The notes below the pieces were generated by a model. It made no database searches. It was not told the origin of the DNA and was given only the letters and a program-made list of their open reading frames with translations. Below, in pieces: positions 1-8,886 of a stretch of DNA of 46,586 nucleotides (its first letter is position 1; each line of letters opens with the position of its first letter). The position numbers and the translations under genes are program-made. The stretch comes from a virus: the IMG/VR virus record IMGVR_UViG_3300018494_000026. One strand, given 5' to 3'.

Positions 1-123
1 TGTTCTTGACGAAGACTCCAATATCATTCAGGTGTCGATTCCTGCGTCTACGGCAAACATTGATGTTTCGTACATGCGTATCGTGGCACATGAGTTCACC
101 AGTCAGTCTATTATCACGGTCAA
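1..123. repeat. Terminal direct repeat, left copy (identical to 46464..46586)
   Basis: Base-by-base comparison of 1-123 with 46464-46586 shows identity over all 123 nt. This fits a circular-assembly overlap or terminal redundancy, giving a unit length of 46,463 bp. Confidence 0.9.
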
Positions 124-148
124 CGAGGAAATCGTCATTGACGAGTAA
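2..148 (+). CDS. 3' end of the wrap-around BppU_N/metallophosphoesterase ORF (continuation of 44707..46586)
   Basis: The frame with codons at 2,5,8... is open from the window edge to TAA 146-148 (...VSYMRIVAHEFTSQSIITVNEEIVIDE*). It is the same frame as the ORF that runs off the right end once the 123-nt repeat is superimposed. Confidence 0.8.
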   Translation, partial: VLDEDSNIIQVSIPASTANIDVSYMRIVAHEFTSQSIITVNEEIVIDE

Positions 149-165
149 GAAAGGAATGATAGGTT

Positions 166-1041
166 ATGGCTATCAAGGAAATCAAGCGGGAATGGAGTCC
201 CTGTCAGCTTGACTATGTAAAGACCTTCCTGCTGCATAGTGAAGCGGATGTGAAGGACTTGCCGAAGTGCTGTATTGGCAGCAAGGCAACGGTGAGTGAA
301 ACGGACAATGAGTATTTCTGCACTGCTGACGGCTGGAAGCTGGGTAGTGAGTTGGGTGGTGGTCAGACCGTCATCCTGGAGGAGACGGAGATGATCACAG
401 TGGATGTTACGCCCGGTATAAGTGGCGCATATCTGCTGGACAAGCCCTTGGCAGCTCCACTTGTGGACGGCGCAACCTATGAAATCGTTTGGGGCGGTGA
501 GAAGTACACCAGTAAGACCGCAGACGCTACGGCTCTCGGAGGTGTGGGAGTTACCACGTACCTGTTAGGTAGAAGCCCTAATGAGGAAAATATGCCTTCC
601 CCCGGCCCGGATTGTCCGTTCATGCTGCTGATCTTCCCCGATGGTGTAGAAGACGCTGGAGTGATGCTTTACGGTCAGATAGATTCCACTGTTATCCCCG
701 ATCTGCCCACCATCTCCATCGTGGAGAAGGCCGGAACGGAAAGCGCAGGGGGCGGGGGTGGCTTCGTTGTCAAGGCAACCATCGTCGGAATGGACAGTAC
801 TGGCACGAATGCTGAACTGGCAGTAGACAAGACGTTTGTCGAAACGATGGAAGCAATTCAAGCCGGAAGGTATGTAGTCTGTCAACTTGATACTGACGGA
901 ACAATTAACCTTTTGCCTGCAATCTCCTACGAACCCGATGCAGCTATTGTATTCATGATTTATTCTGGTGTGGCAACCGTCATGGTGATTATGCAGGCAG
1001 ACGGATCTGCCTCGATGCAAATTCAGGCACCGGAACAGTAA
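166..1041 (+). CDS. Hypothetical protein, 291 aa, with Gly-rich linkers; possibly virion-associated
   Basis: ORF track. The ATG is preceded by AAAGGA. It follows the BppU_N-type ORF directly, and its N-terminus (MAIKEIK) resembles that of the fibre gene at 18596 (MAIKSVD). I recognise no family. Confidence 0.6.
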   Translation: MAIKEIKREWSPCQLDYVKTFLLHSEADVKDLPKCCIGSKATVSETDNEYFCTADGWKLGSELGGGQTVILEETEMITVDVTPGISGAYLLDKPLAAPLVDGATYEIVWGGEKYTSKTADATALGGVGVTTYLLGRSPNEENMPSPGPDCPFMLLIFPDGVEDAGVMLYGQIDSTVIPDLPTISIVEKAGTESAGGGGGFVVKATIVGMDSTGTNAELAVDKTFVETMEAIQAGRYVVCQLDTDGTINLLPAISYEPDAAIVFMIYSGVATVMVIMQADGSASMQIQAPEQ

Positions 1042-1056
1042 CCCCGAAAGGAGCAA

Positions 1057-1095
1057 CCGCCCATGCATATCATCAACATCACCGTGCATGGGCGG
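1057..1095 (+). promoter_or_regulatory. Perfect 11-bp stem-loop upstream of the portal gene
   Basis: ccgcccatgca (1057-1067) pairs with tgcatgggcgg (1085-1095) around a 17-nt loop. No T-run follows, so it is not a canonical terminator. Confidence 0.4.
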
Positions 1096-1125
1096 CTCCA
1101 TGAATGACGAAAGGAGGTGATCCCC

Positions 1126-2598
1126 ATGCTGACAACGGATCAAATCAAGGTCTTTATCGAAAATGACCGAACCAGTGCCAGGAAGATGGCGGCACAGCTT
1201 GGTCAGGATTACTACGAGGGCAAGCATGATATTCTTGACCGCATCATTGTCTATGTGGACGGCAATGGTGTGATGCAGGAGGACAATGTAAACAGCAACA
1301 TCAGGATTGCGCATCCTTTCTTCACGGAGATTGCAGACCAGTGCGTACAGTATGTTCTTTCCGGCAAGGATGGGTTCATCAAGTCTGACATTCCTGAATT
1401 GCAGGAGATTCTTGACGCACGGTATAACAACAATGACGATTTCATCAAGGCTTTGTACGAGGTGCTGACGGGCAGTTCTGTCAAGGGCTTTGAGTATTTC
1501 TACTGCTACAAGGATGAAGAGAACAAGAACCGCTGGGAGTGTGCTGACAGCCTTGGTGTGGTAGAAGTCAGGGCGAAGGAAACGGACGATCACTGCGAGT
1601 ATCTGATTCGCTGGTATGTGGACAGGGTTGATGCTGAGGGGCATCAGGTGAAGCGTATTGAGGTATGGGACGCACAACAGGTGACGTTCTATGACCAGAT
1701 TGATGATGGGGAACTGAATTTGGATGAGGACGAGGAAATCAATCCCCGTCCTCATACTCTTTACACCAAGGACGGGCAGTTGTTCCGGGGCAAGCAGACG
1801 GAGGGAAAGATTCCCTTTATCAAACTGCCGAACAACCGCAAAGAAGGCAGTGACCTTCTCCCTATCAAGGACATCATTGATGACTATGACCTGATGAATG
1901 TTGACCTGTCCAACACCTTGCAGGATACGAATACTTCCTTGTATGTCATCAAGGGATTTGACGGGGACAACCTGGACGAAACCATCCTAAACATCCGTGC
2001 AAAGAAGCATGTGGGTGTGCCGGAGGGCGGCGATTTGGATATTAAGACTGTCGATATTCCTGTGGAAGCCCGGAAGGCGAAGATGGATATTGACAAGGAG
2101 AATATCTACCGTTTCGGCATGGCTCTTGACCCTGACGGAAGGAAGGATACCAGCGCGAAAACCAGCATTGAGATCAAGTCCATGTACGCACGTCTTGACC
2201 TGAAGGCCAATAAGAAGGTTATCAACCTGAAGGCGTTCCTGCGTGAAGTGCTGAAGTTCGACCTGGAAGAGATCAACGCTCAGTCTGAAACGGCATACGC
2301 GATGAAGGATATTTACTTCGACTTTGACGAGAGGGAAGTGCCTTCTAATGCGCTTGAAAATGCTCAGATTGCCTTGACGGAAGCACAGACGCGCAACATG
2401 GAGGTCAACACCATCATGAGTGTGCAAACTGTGATTGACCAGGAAAGCATTGTGAAGAAGATTTGTGAGCAGTTTGACCTGGAATACGAGGAAATCAAGG
2501 ACAAGCTGTCGGAGGAAATGCCGGAAGTCACTGCTGACGCTGCCAAGACTGCGCTGAATAACGCACCTACTGAGCCGGATGTGATTGCCAATGAATAA
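1126..2598 (+). CDS. Portal protein (SPP1 gp6-like)
   Basis: ORF track 1117..2598. I prefer ATG 1126, which lies 8 nt after GGAGGTG. Size is about 490 aa, and the N-terminus (LTTDQIKVFIENDRTSARKMAAQLGQDYYEGKHDIL) is typical of gp6-type portals. It sits upstream of the MuF-like gene. Confidence 0.85.
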   Translation: MLTTDQIKVFIENDRTSARKMAAQLGQDYYEGKHDILDRIIVYVDGNGVMQEDNVNSNIRIAHPFFTEIADQCVQYVLSGKDGFIKSDIPELQEILDARYNNNDDFIKALYEVLTGSSVKGFEYFYCYKDEENKNRWECADSLGVVEVRAKETDDHCEYLIRWYVDRVDAEGHQVKRIEVWDAQQVTFYDQIDDGELNLDEDEEINPRPHTLYTKDGQLFRGKQTEGKIPFIKLPNNRKEGSDLLPIKDIIDDYDLMNVDLSNTLQDTNTSLYVIKGFDGDNLDETILNIRAKKHVGVPEGGDLDIKTVDIPVEARKAKMDIDKENIYRFGMALDPDGRKDTSAKTSIEIKSMYARLDLKANKKVINLKAFLREVLKFDLEEINAQSETAYAMKDIYFDFDEREVPSNALENAQIALTEAQTRNMEVNTIMSVQTVIDQESIVKKICEQFDLEYEEIKDKLSEEMPEVTADAAKTALNNAPTEPDVIANE

Positions 2599-3514
2599 GC
2601 GTGAAAAACTCGCCTATGCGCATCTACTGGACGTTGAGAAGGCTGTGCTGACGGCCCTTGAAAAGGTGTATCAGCGGGCATTGCGGGACATTAACGAGCG
2701 CATTAAGCTGTTGCAAGCGGACGAGCTACTGCAAAACAGAGTGTACCGCAAGCAGCAACAGGAAGCCCTCAAAGGACAGATAGAAGCAATCCTGGAACGC
2801 CTGCACACGCAGGAGTACGAAACGATTGAGGAATATCTGAAAGAGAGCTACACGGACGGCTTCCTTGTTACGATGTACAGCCTTCATCAGCAGGACTTGC
2901 CGCTTACCTTCCCGATTGCCCAGGATCAAGTTGTGAAGGCGCTTGTGACAAACAGTGCAATCAGCGAAGGCTTGTACAAGTCACTGGGCGTGGATACAAA
3001 GCATCTGCGCGATGTGATTGCCCAGGAAATCTCACGGGGCATTGCGGCGAATGCGTCCTTTTCTGAAATGGCGAGGAACGTTGCAAATCAGGCTGGCGTG
3101 ACCATGAAACGGGCGAGAACCATTGTGATAACGGAATCGCACCGAATTCAGGAGGAAGCATCGCAGGATGCGAGAACGGAAGCCAAGAAGCAGGGCTGCA
3201 ACATCGTGAAGCAGTGGGACGCGACGATGGATCATAAGACAAGAGATTCGCACAGGCGGCTTGATGGTCAGATTCGGGATGTCGATGAGCCTTTTGAGAT
3301 TGACGGAAAGACTGCCATGCATCCTGGCGGGTTTGGACGTGCAGAGGAAGATTGCAACTGCCGATGTGTTGCGTTGACCCGCGCGAAGTGGGCGCTGGAC
3401 GAAAAGGAACTGGAAACCTTGAAGGAACGCGCTGAACACTGGGGGCTGGACAAGACGGACAGCTTTGAGGAGTTCAAGCGCAAGTACCTTGATGTTACCA
3501 AGGAACAGCAATAA
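2591..3514 (+). CDS. Head morphogenesis protein (Phage Mu F / SPP1 gp7 family)
   Basis: ATG 2591 overlaps the portal stop (ATGAATAA). The MuF-like core is present (TESHRIQEEA...WDATMDHKTRDSHRRLDGQ...CNCRC). Confidence 0.85.
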   Translation: MNKREKLAYAHLLDVEKAVLTALEKVYQRALRDINERIKLLQADELLQNRVYRKQQQEALKGQIEAILERLHTQEYETIEEYLKESYTDGFLVTMYSLHQQDLPLTFPIAQDQVVKALVTNSAISEGLYKSLGVDTKHLRDVIAQEISRGIAANASFSEMARNVANQAGVTMKRARTIVITESHRIQEEASQDARTEAKKQGCNIVKQWDATMDHKTRDSHRRLDGQIRDVDEPFEIDGKTAMHPGGFGRAEEDCNCRCVALTRAKWALDEKELETLKERAEHWGLDKTDSFEEFKRKYLDVTKEQQ

Positions 3515-3523
3515 TCGGTAAAC

Positions 3524-3547
3524 AGGTCGCTGAATAGCGGCCTTTTT
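3524..3547 (+). terminator. Rho-independent terminator after the MuF-like gene
   Basis: aggtcgct/agcggcct forms an 8-bp stem (one G-U pair) with a GAAT loop, followed by TTTTT. Confidence 0.6.
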
Positions 3548-3585
3548 ACATACAAAAAAACGCAAACTTGATAAGGAGGTAGAAG

Positions 3586-3879
3586 ATGAAGGAAGATTTC
3601 GAAATCGATTGTAGGAAGTGTGACAACTGCGACATGGAGATTGGTTGTTGCAAGCTCTATGGGAACGATCCTGAGAAAGCGGTAAAGGCCTGTGCGGCAA
3701 ACTGTTTCGCTGGATACAAAGAAACTCCTCACACTGTTGCAGAAATCATGTGTTGGAAGTGTGGCGCACGTTGGATTGCAGCGTATCCGAGTGCAACTCT
3801 GCTAAAAGACCTGCAATGCCCCGGTTGCCACAATGCCGGCCATGCTTTCCTTACTGGACAGGATATTTCGGAAGAATGA
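3586..3879 (+). CDS. Cys-rich small protein (putative zinc ribbon)
   Basis: ORF track, with AAGGAGG 7 nt upstream. It contains several CxxC pairs (CRKCDNC, CWKCG, CPGC). It is the first gene of the unit that also holds holin and endolysin. Confidence 0.6.
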   Translation: MKEDFEIDCRKCDNCDMEIGCCKLYGNDPEKAVKACAANCFAGYKETPHTVAEIMCWKCGARWIAAYPSATLLKDLQCPGCHNAGHAFLTGQDISEE

Positions 3880-3910
3880 ATCAACCTGAAATCGATAAGG
3901 AGGTATCATC

Positions 3911-4264
3911 ATGTTTGACTTTACTCCCCTTGTGGAAGCCCTGATTGGTCTTGCGGTGACTGCAATCACGGTATTTTTGATTCCGTGGCTGCGTGAGCGT
4001 TACGGCAATGAAAGTCTCGCAAAGGCGCGAAGCTGGGTGCAGGTGGCCGTGCTTGCGGCTGAAAAGCTGTATGGTGCTGGCAATGGCGATCAGAAACTGG
4101 AATATGCAGAAGCATTCCTTGCGCAGCACAAGATCAAGCTTGATACGGCTGAACTGATTGCGCTGGTCAATGCTGAAATCAAGAAGATGGAACAGGCGGA
4201 AATTGCCGTTGAAGGTGAACTGCTGGAACAGCACATCCCGCCTGACACGGAAGGCGAAGAGTAA
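3911..4264 (+). CDS. Holin (LL-H-type: single N-terminal TM plus helical C-terminus)
   Basis: It has an N-terminal hydrophobic segment (LVEALIGLAVTAITVFLIPW). The C-terminal pattern (AVLAAEKLYGAGNGDQKLEYAEAFL...LIALVNAEIKK) resembles Holin_LLH. It lies immediately upstream of the amidase. Confidence 0.7.
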   Translation: MFDFTPLVEALIGLAVTAITVFLIPWLRERYGNESLAKARSWVQVAVLAAEKLYGAGNGDQKLEYAEAFLAQHKIKLDTAELIALVNAEIKKMEQAEIAVEGELLEQHIPPDTEGEE

Positions 4265-4293
4265 ACACAACAAGCAGAAGGAGGTGATGTGAC

Positions 4294-5187
4294 ATGGAAA
4301 TCATCCGTTACTATCAAACGAAGAATCCATGTTACATATCCGGACGCAAGATCAAGCCGACTGGCATTGTGGTGCATAGCACCGGGGCGAACAACCCCTA
4401 TCTGAAGCGCTATGTCGGCCCGGATGACGGCATTCTGGGCAAGAATGAGTACAACAACCACTGGAACAAGGCAAGCGCAAACAAATGCATGCATGCCTTT
4501 ATTGGCAAGGCAGCAGATGGAAGCGTGAAGGTGTACCAGACATTGCCGTGGGATCATCGCTGCTGGGGTGTGGGAAGCGGAAAAAAGGGAAGCTACAACG
4601 CTTCCCACATCCAGTTTGAAATTTGCGAGGATAACAAGAAGGACAAAGCCTACTATGAGGAAGCCTTTGCATTGTCACAACAGCTTTGTGCATATCTGTG
4701 CGAACTGTACGGCATCAAGCAGGAAAACATTGTAGGACACTACGAGGCACATGCTGCCGGGTATGGATCGAATCATTCAGATCCGAAACCGTGGCAGAAG
4801 AAACATGGCGGGAGCATGGCACAATACAGGGCGTTTGTCAATAGCCTCGTAAACGGCTCAGAAACGCCTTCTGACGCGGATGTGAAGGAAGGTGACCAAT
4901 CTGCCACGGACACGCAGAGCAAGGCTGAGAAGCCCGTTACAACGCCCACAAACACGACACAGACCGGAAACATGGTGAAAACGATGAACACTCTCCGAAA
5001 AGGCAGTCGAGGGACACAGGTAAAAGTCCTGCAATGGTTGCTGAGTCTGAACGGCTACAATGTCGGAACGGTAGACGGCATCTTTGGCAACAATACGCTG
5101 AAAGCCGTGAAAGCATATCAGACAGCAAAAGGTCTGGATGCTGATGGCATTGTCGGCAAGAATACCTGGAATCAACTCTTAGCATAA
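4294..5187 (+). CDS. Endolysin: N-acetylmuramoyl-L-alanine amidase (Amidase_2/PGRP) with a C-terminal PG_binding_1 domain
   Basis: Amidase_2 pattern is present (GIVVHSTGA, HAFI, IQFEICE, IVGHYEAH..SDP). The C-terminus (LRKGSRGTQVKVLQWLLSLNGYNVGTVDGIFGNNTLKAVKAYQ..GLDADGIVGKNTW) is a classic peptidoglycan-binding repeat. Confidence 0.9.
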   Translation: MEIIRYYQTKNPCYISGRKIKPTGIVVHSTGANNPYLKRYVGPDDGILGKNEYNNHWNKASANKCMHAFIGKAADGSVKVYQTLPWDHRCWGVGSGKKGSYNASHIQFEICEDNKKDKAYYEEAFALSQQLCAYLCELYGIKQENIVGHYEAHAAGYGSNHSDPKPWQKKHGGSMAQYRAFVNSLVNGSETPSDADVKEGDQSATDTQSKAEKPVTTPTNTTQTGNMVKTMNTLRKGSRGTQVKVLQWLLSLNGYNVGTVDGIFGNNTLKAVKAYQTAKGLDADGIVGKNTWNQLLA

Positions 5188-5217
5188 AGGCTCTGTCACA
5201 TCGTGGCAGGGCTTTTA
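5187..5217 (+). terminator. Rho-independent terminator after the endolysin gene
   Basis: aaggctctgtcac / gtggcagggctt forms a stem of about 11 bp (with G-U pairs), followed by TTTT. Confidence 0.55.
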
Positions 5218-5302
5218 TATATCCGTCCGGGGATGACGTTAAAAGCCCTCCAATCACGAGATGCGACCTCGTAAAAAGCGTAACGAAAGGATTTGAAAAA
5301 GC

Positions 5303-5953
5303 ATGAGTATTATCGAGATTTTGCAGCAGATTTTCTCCGCAACGGAGGAACAGACCAACTCTTTCTCTGATGCGCTGAAGAAGAACGGCATTTTCACCAC
5401 AAGTCATGAAAACATGGATGTTCGCTATCCAAAGCTGAAAAGCGAGTATGACTCGCTGAACAGCCAGTATGGCGAGGCGAACAAGCTGATTGAGGACATG
5501 AAGAAGTCCACCAAGGGCCAGGAAGCCCTTCAAGGCAAGATTACCGCATATGAAGGTCAGATTCAGCAGCTCCAGGCAGAGCTTCAGCAGGAGAAGATCA
5601 ACGCGGCAATCAAGGTTGGTCTGCTGTCTGAAAAGGCAAAGGATGTGGATTATCTGTCCTTCAAACTGAATGAAAAGCTGAAGGCAGATGGTGAAACCCT
5701 GTCGCTGGATGACAACGGCAATATCAAGGGCTGGGATACCAAACTGGAAGGCTTGAAGACTCAGTTCCCCAATCAGTTTGAATCTGCTGGTGACAACACT
5801 GATGGCTACCAGGTGTACAAGCCGAACACTCTGCGCAAGCCCGATGGTGACCAGACGATCACGAAGGAAGCCTTCAATAAGATGACTTATCAGGAGAAGG
5901 TTGACCTGTACGCAAAGAACCCGACGCTGTATAAGCAGCTTCGTGGCAACTAA
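5303..5953 (+). CDS. Scaffolding protein (GP20-like, coiled coil)
   Basis: The sequence is helical and rich in Q, E and K (QGKITAYEGQIQQLQAELQQEKINAAIK). It lies directly upstream of the capsid gene. Confidence 0.75.
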   Translation: MSIIEILQQIFSATEEQTNSFSDALKKNGIFTTSHENMDVRYPKLKSEYDSLNSQYGEANKLIEDMKKSTKGQEALQGKITAYEGQIQQLQAELQQEKINAAIKVGLLSEKAKDVDYLSFKLNEKLKADGETLSLDDNGNIKGWDTKLEGLKTQFPNQFESAGDNTDGYQVYKPNTLRKPDGDQTITKEAFNKMTYQEKVDLYAKNPTLYKQLRGN

Positions 5954-5979
5954 ACAACAATCGAAAGGATGAATGAATT

Positions 5980-7002
5980 ATGGCACGCAATGGCAAGTTT
6001 GGCGGTTTTGAGTTTGACCCCGTAGTTTTTACCGACATGATGGCTGAGGCCAATTATTGGTCTAACCCTATTATCGCTTCCGGCATTATCCATCAGGACA
6101 ATGCCATCATGAGCAAGATTGGCACTGAGGGCAATGTGGCTACTCTGCCTTTCTACGTTCCCCTGAATGTGTTTGACGCTGGCATGGCTGCGCTGAACAA
6201 TGACGGTCTGACTGACAACGTTCCTGTTGACATCGCTGGCAAGAAGCAGACCTGCATGCTGATTCAGCGTATGAAGGCTTTCAAGGCGCAGGACTTCACC
6301 AAGGAACTGACTGGCGCTGATCCTATGGGCCACATCCAGAAGCGCGTTGCCGACTATTACGGTCAGGTGTGGGAGAACGAGATGATGAACATCGCGGACG
6401 CTGCGATGGGTGTTACCGAGCTGGCTGACCATGTTCTTGACCTGTCTGCTAAGGAAGGCACTGTGGCCGATGCTAACCTGATTAACGAGACTACCCTGAT
6501 TGATGCTGAAGAGCAGGCTCTGGGTGATATGGCTGGCGGTCTGGGTCTGATCGTGATGCACTCCAAGGTGTTTGCGGCCTATCAGAAGATGCAGCTTGTT
6601 GAGTACATGAAGTTCAATACTGGCAATGCGCTCCAGGGCGAAGTGACCCTGCCTACCATTGGCGGCAAGGTTGTCCTGCGCACCAACTACTACACTGTTG
6701 ATGCTTCCGGCACTCTGCCTGTGTACAAGACCTACCTGTTCGGTGAGGGTGCTTTCCTGGGTGCGACCAAGAGCAACTACGAGAATCCCTACTATGTGGA
6801 TTACGATCCCGAATCCAAGGCTGGTATTGAGAAGCTGTACACCAAGCAGGGCTGTGTGCTGCATCCCAACGGTCTGTCCTTCGCGGCTGACAACGTTGTG
6901 AACGAGTCTCCGACCTTTGCGGAACTGGGCAACAAGGCCAACTGGGCGCTGAAGTTCAACCCCAAGAACATCAAGATGGGTCTGATTAAGACCAACGGCT
7001 AA
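5980..7002 (+). CDS. Major capsid protein
   Basis: A 340-aa ORF directly after the scaffold gene with a strong RBS context. It is followed by stabilising hairpins. The sub-family is not assigned. Confidence 0.8.
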   Translation: MARNGKFGGFEFDPVVFTDMMAEANYWSNPIIASGIIHQDNAIMSKIGTEGNVATLPFYVPLNVFDAGMAALNNDGLTDNVPVDIAGKKQTCMLIQRMKAFKAQDFTKELTGADPMGHIQKRVADYYGQVWENEMMNIADAAMGVTELADHVLDLSAKEGTVADANLINETTLIDAEEQALGDMAGGLGLIVMHSKVFAAYQKMQLVEYMKFNTGNALQGEVTLPTIGGKVVLRTNYYTVDASGTLPVYKTYLFGEGAFLGATKSNYENPYYVDYDPESKAGIEKLYTKQGCVLHPNGLSFAADNVVNESPTFAELGNKANWALKFNPKNIKMGLIKTNG

Positions 7003-7008
7003 AATGAG

Positions 7009-7080
7009 GTCGGCAAAGCCGACTAACGAGAGTCAACGCAAGCGTTGACCGAGTGTAGCCACCGCCCGACTTGTCGGGTG
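7009..7080 (+). promoter_or_regulatory. Three consecutive stem-loops after the capsid gene
   Basis: The stems are ggtcggc/gccgac(c) at 7009-7023, gtcaacg/cgttgac at 7032-7049 and cccga/tcggg at 7063-7080. None is followed by a T-run. Confidence 0.5.
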
Positions 7081-7105
7081 ATGGTCGATAAAAGGAGAGA
7101 AGACC

Positions 7106-7480
7106 ATGATGCGATTTGTAATTGCTGACGGTCTTCCTTACTTGCTCCATAACGGAAAAACCTATGCTTTCCGCGATGAGGGAAAGGGTTATACGGTGGG
7201 GGCGGAAGTCAAACTGGCTTCCGTTCCCACACAGACCCTTTCGTTGCTTTCTCTGAGGGCGAAGTATCCTCACTCGCTGGACAGCATCGGCAAGCAGGAA
7301 GAGCCTGTGAAGACGGAGCAGGAGGAAGAACCGTCCCAGGAAGAGCCTGTGAGGATTGACGGGCTGGAAGAAATGACGCTGAATGAGCTTAAAGCCACGG
7401 CAGAATCCGTTGGTATTAAGCTGGGCAATGCAAGAAAAAAGGCCGATATCATCAAGGCCATTAAGGACGTGCTGGCATGA
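7106..7480 (+). CDS. Hypothetical head-associated protein with a C-terminal Rho_N/HeH-like motif
   Basis: ORF track, RBS AAAGGAGAG. It has an acidic linker and a C-terminus (LNELKATAESVGIKLGNARKKADIIKAIKDVL) resembling the Rho N-terminal helix-extended-helix domain. Confidence 0.6.
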   Translation: MMRFVIADGLPYLLHNGKTYAFRDEGKGYTVGAEVKLASVPTQTLSLLSLRAKYPHSLDSIGKQEEPVKTEQEEEPSQEEPVRIDGLEEMTLNELKATAESVGIKLGNARKKADIIKAIKDVLA

Positions 7481-8025
7481 TTATGACGGTTGAGGAACTG
7501 AGAAAGTTTATCCAGACGGACGAAACGGATGAATGCCTGGAAGCCAAACTGGCAGGCATTGAACAGCAGATTCGCGGTTACACGCACAACAATTTCCAGG
7601 TGCGCGGCACGGGTATTGTGGCGGATGTGGTAGCTGGTGTTTTCATGTCGGAAGCACTCATTCCGTATGAGGCTGGAGATACCATCCAGATCAGCGGCAG
7701 CGCGAAGAATGATGGCCTGTACACGGTGCAGAAAGTCACGGATGACACTACCTTCATGGTGAATGAGAAGACCCGTGACGATATTGATTGCTACATTACG
7801 CTGGTTCGCTATCCGGCTGATGTGAAGATGGGTGTTGTCAACATGATGACGTGGGAGCTTGAAAACAGGACGAAGGCTGGTATCCAGTCTGAAACCATCT
7901 CCCGCCACACGGTCAACTACATCAACCTGGATGAATGGAATTCCGCGCTGGGTTATCCGGCATCGCTGGTGCAGTTCCTCAAACCGTATATGAAAGCCAG
8001 ATTCGGAGGGGGCATCGGCAAATGA
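7477..8025 (+). CDS. Head-tail connector (gp6-like)
   Basis: The start overlaps the previous stop (ATGA). The N-terminus (TVEELRKFIQTDETDECLEAKLAGIEQQIRGYT) is typical of gp6-like connectors, and the gene order fits. Confidence 0.65.
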   Translation: MIMTVEELRKFIQTDETDECLEAKLAGIEQQIRGYTHNNFQVRGTGIVADVVAGVFMSEALIPYEAGDTIQISGSAKNDGLYTVQKVTDDTTFMVNEKTRDDIDCYITLVRYPADVKMGVVNMMTWELENRTKAGIQSETISRHTVNYINLDEWNSALGYPASLVQFLKPYMKARFGGGIGK

Positions 8026-8366
8026 GAGGCATTTGTGGAAACATGAAGGCCATCATTCAGGTCAGCACCACCACTCGCAATGCCATTGGCGAACAGGTGC
8101 AGGAATGGGCAGACGTGCAGACCTTGCGCGGCTGGCTTGACCTTGCGGCTGGCAAGTCGAGCTATTCCAGCTTCCATGCCAAGATTCAGGAGTCAACCCA
8201 CATCTTCATTGGCGATTATGTACCGCTGGACAGTCGAATCACGGCTGAGAACAGCCGTATGGTTGTCAATGGGAAGGTGTATGACATCATGCTCCTGGAC
8301 AATCCAATGGAACTGGAAGAAGGCTCACAGTGGGAAATCTACCTGAAATACACCGGGGGGCGGTAA
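8022..8366 (+). CDS. Head closure / head-tail adaptor protein
   Basis: This is the frame of track ORF 7935..8366. ATG 8022 overlaps the upstream stop (ATGA), and ATG 8043 (MKAIIQV) is an alternative start. Size and position match SPP1 gp16-type proteins. Confidence 0.6.
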   Translation: MRGICGNMKAIIQVSTTTRNAIGEQVQEWADVQTLRGWLDLAAGKSSYSSFHAKIQESTHIFIGDYVPLDSRITAENSRMVVNGKVYDIMLLDNPMELEEGSQWEIYLKYTGGR

Positions 8367-8367
8367 T

Positions 8368-8886
8368 ATGGCTGTACAATTCATTGACAACAGCTATCAG
8401 GTCAAGGCAAAGCTGACGCAAGCTGCTATTCAAGGCTTGAAAGAAGCTGGTTTTGAGGTTGCTGCCCATGCGAACCGTCACGTTCAGTTGGATGGCGATG
8501 CAGGACAAGCCCTGCGAGGTTCCTACAAGAGCGAAGTAGACGAAGCGGCTGGCGTGTGCTACGTTGGCACGACAAAGGAAGAGGGATACTGGGAGGAATA
8601 CGGCACAGGTTCTCATGCAGATACACGCAAGAATGGCGGCAAGCAAGGCCGTCAGGATTGGTGGGTCTACAATGAGGGTGAACCGTATGATGGCCCGGAA
8701 AGCACTCATTACGCGACGGAAGCGGATGCGAAAAGCGCGGCTGCTTACATTCACGAAAGGTACGGCTCTAATGCCATTGCATCCAATGGTCGCGATCCTT
8801 CCTACACGCTGGAAAATGCGTTCATCCAAACCAAGCCGAGTGTGGTTGCGAATTTTGAAAGACTGCAAAGGGAGGGACTTGCCTGA
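8368..8886 (+). CDS. HK97 gp10-like tail component
   Basis: The N-terminus (MAVQFIDNSYQVKAKLTQAAIQGLKEAGFEVAAHANRHV) is typical of the gp10 family, and the gene order fits. Confidence 0.6.
   Translation: MAVQFIDNSYQVKAKLTQAAIQGLKEAGFEVAAHANRHVQLDGDAGQALRGSYKSEVDEAAGVCYVGTTKEEGYWEEYGTGSHADTRKNGGKQGRQDWWVYNEGEPYDGPESTHYATEADAKSAAAYIHERYGSNAIASNGRDPSYTLENAFIQTKPSVVANFERLQREGLA

Noticed and set aside
1062-1106. 14-codon mini-ORF (MHIINITVHGRLHE*) inside the hairpin upstream of the portal gene
   Set aside because: It is too short to support and lies entirely within the stem-loop. It is more simply explained as part of the structure.
565-1755. 396-aa minus-strand ORF spanning the 166..1041 and portal genes
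   Set aside because: It is antisense to two well-supported + genes and crosses an intergenic hairpin. It has no RBS and its composition is typical of antisense frames. The same reasoning applies to 5950..6864-, 7270..7908-, 9226..9984-, 22929..24125+, 30044..30817- and 40662..41204+.
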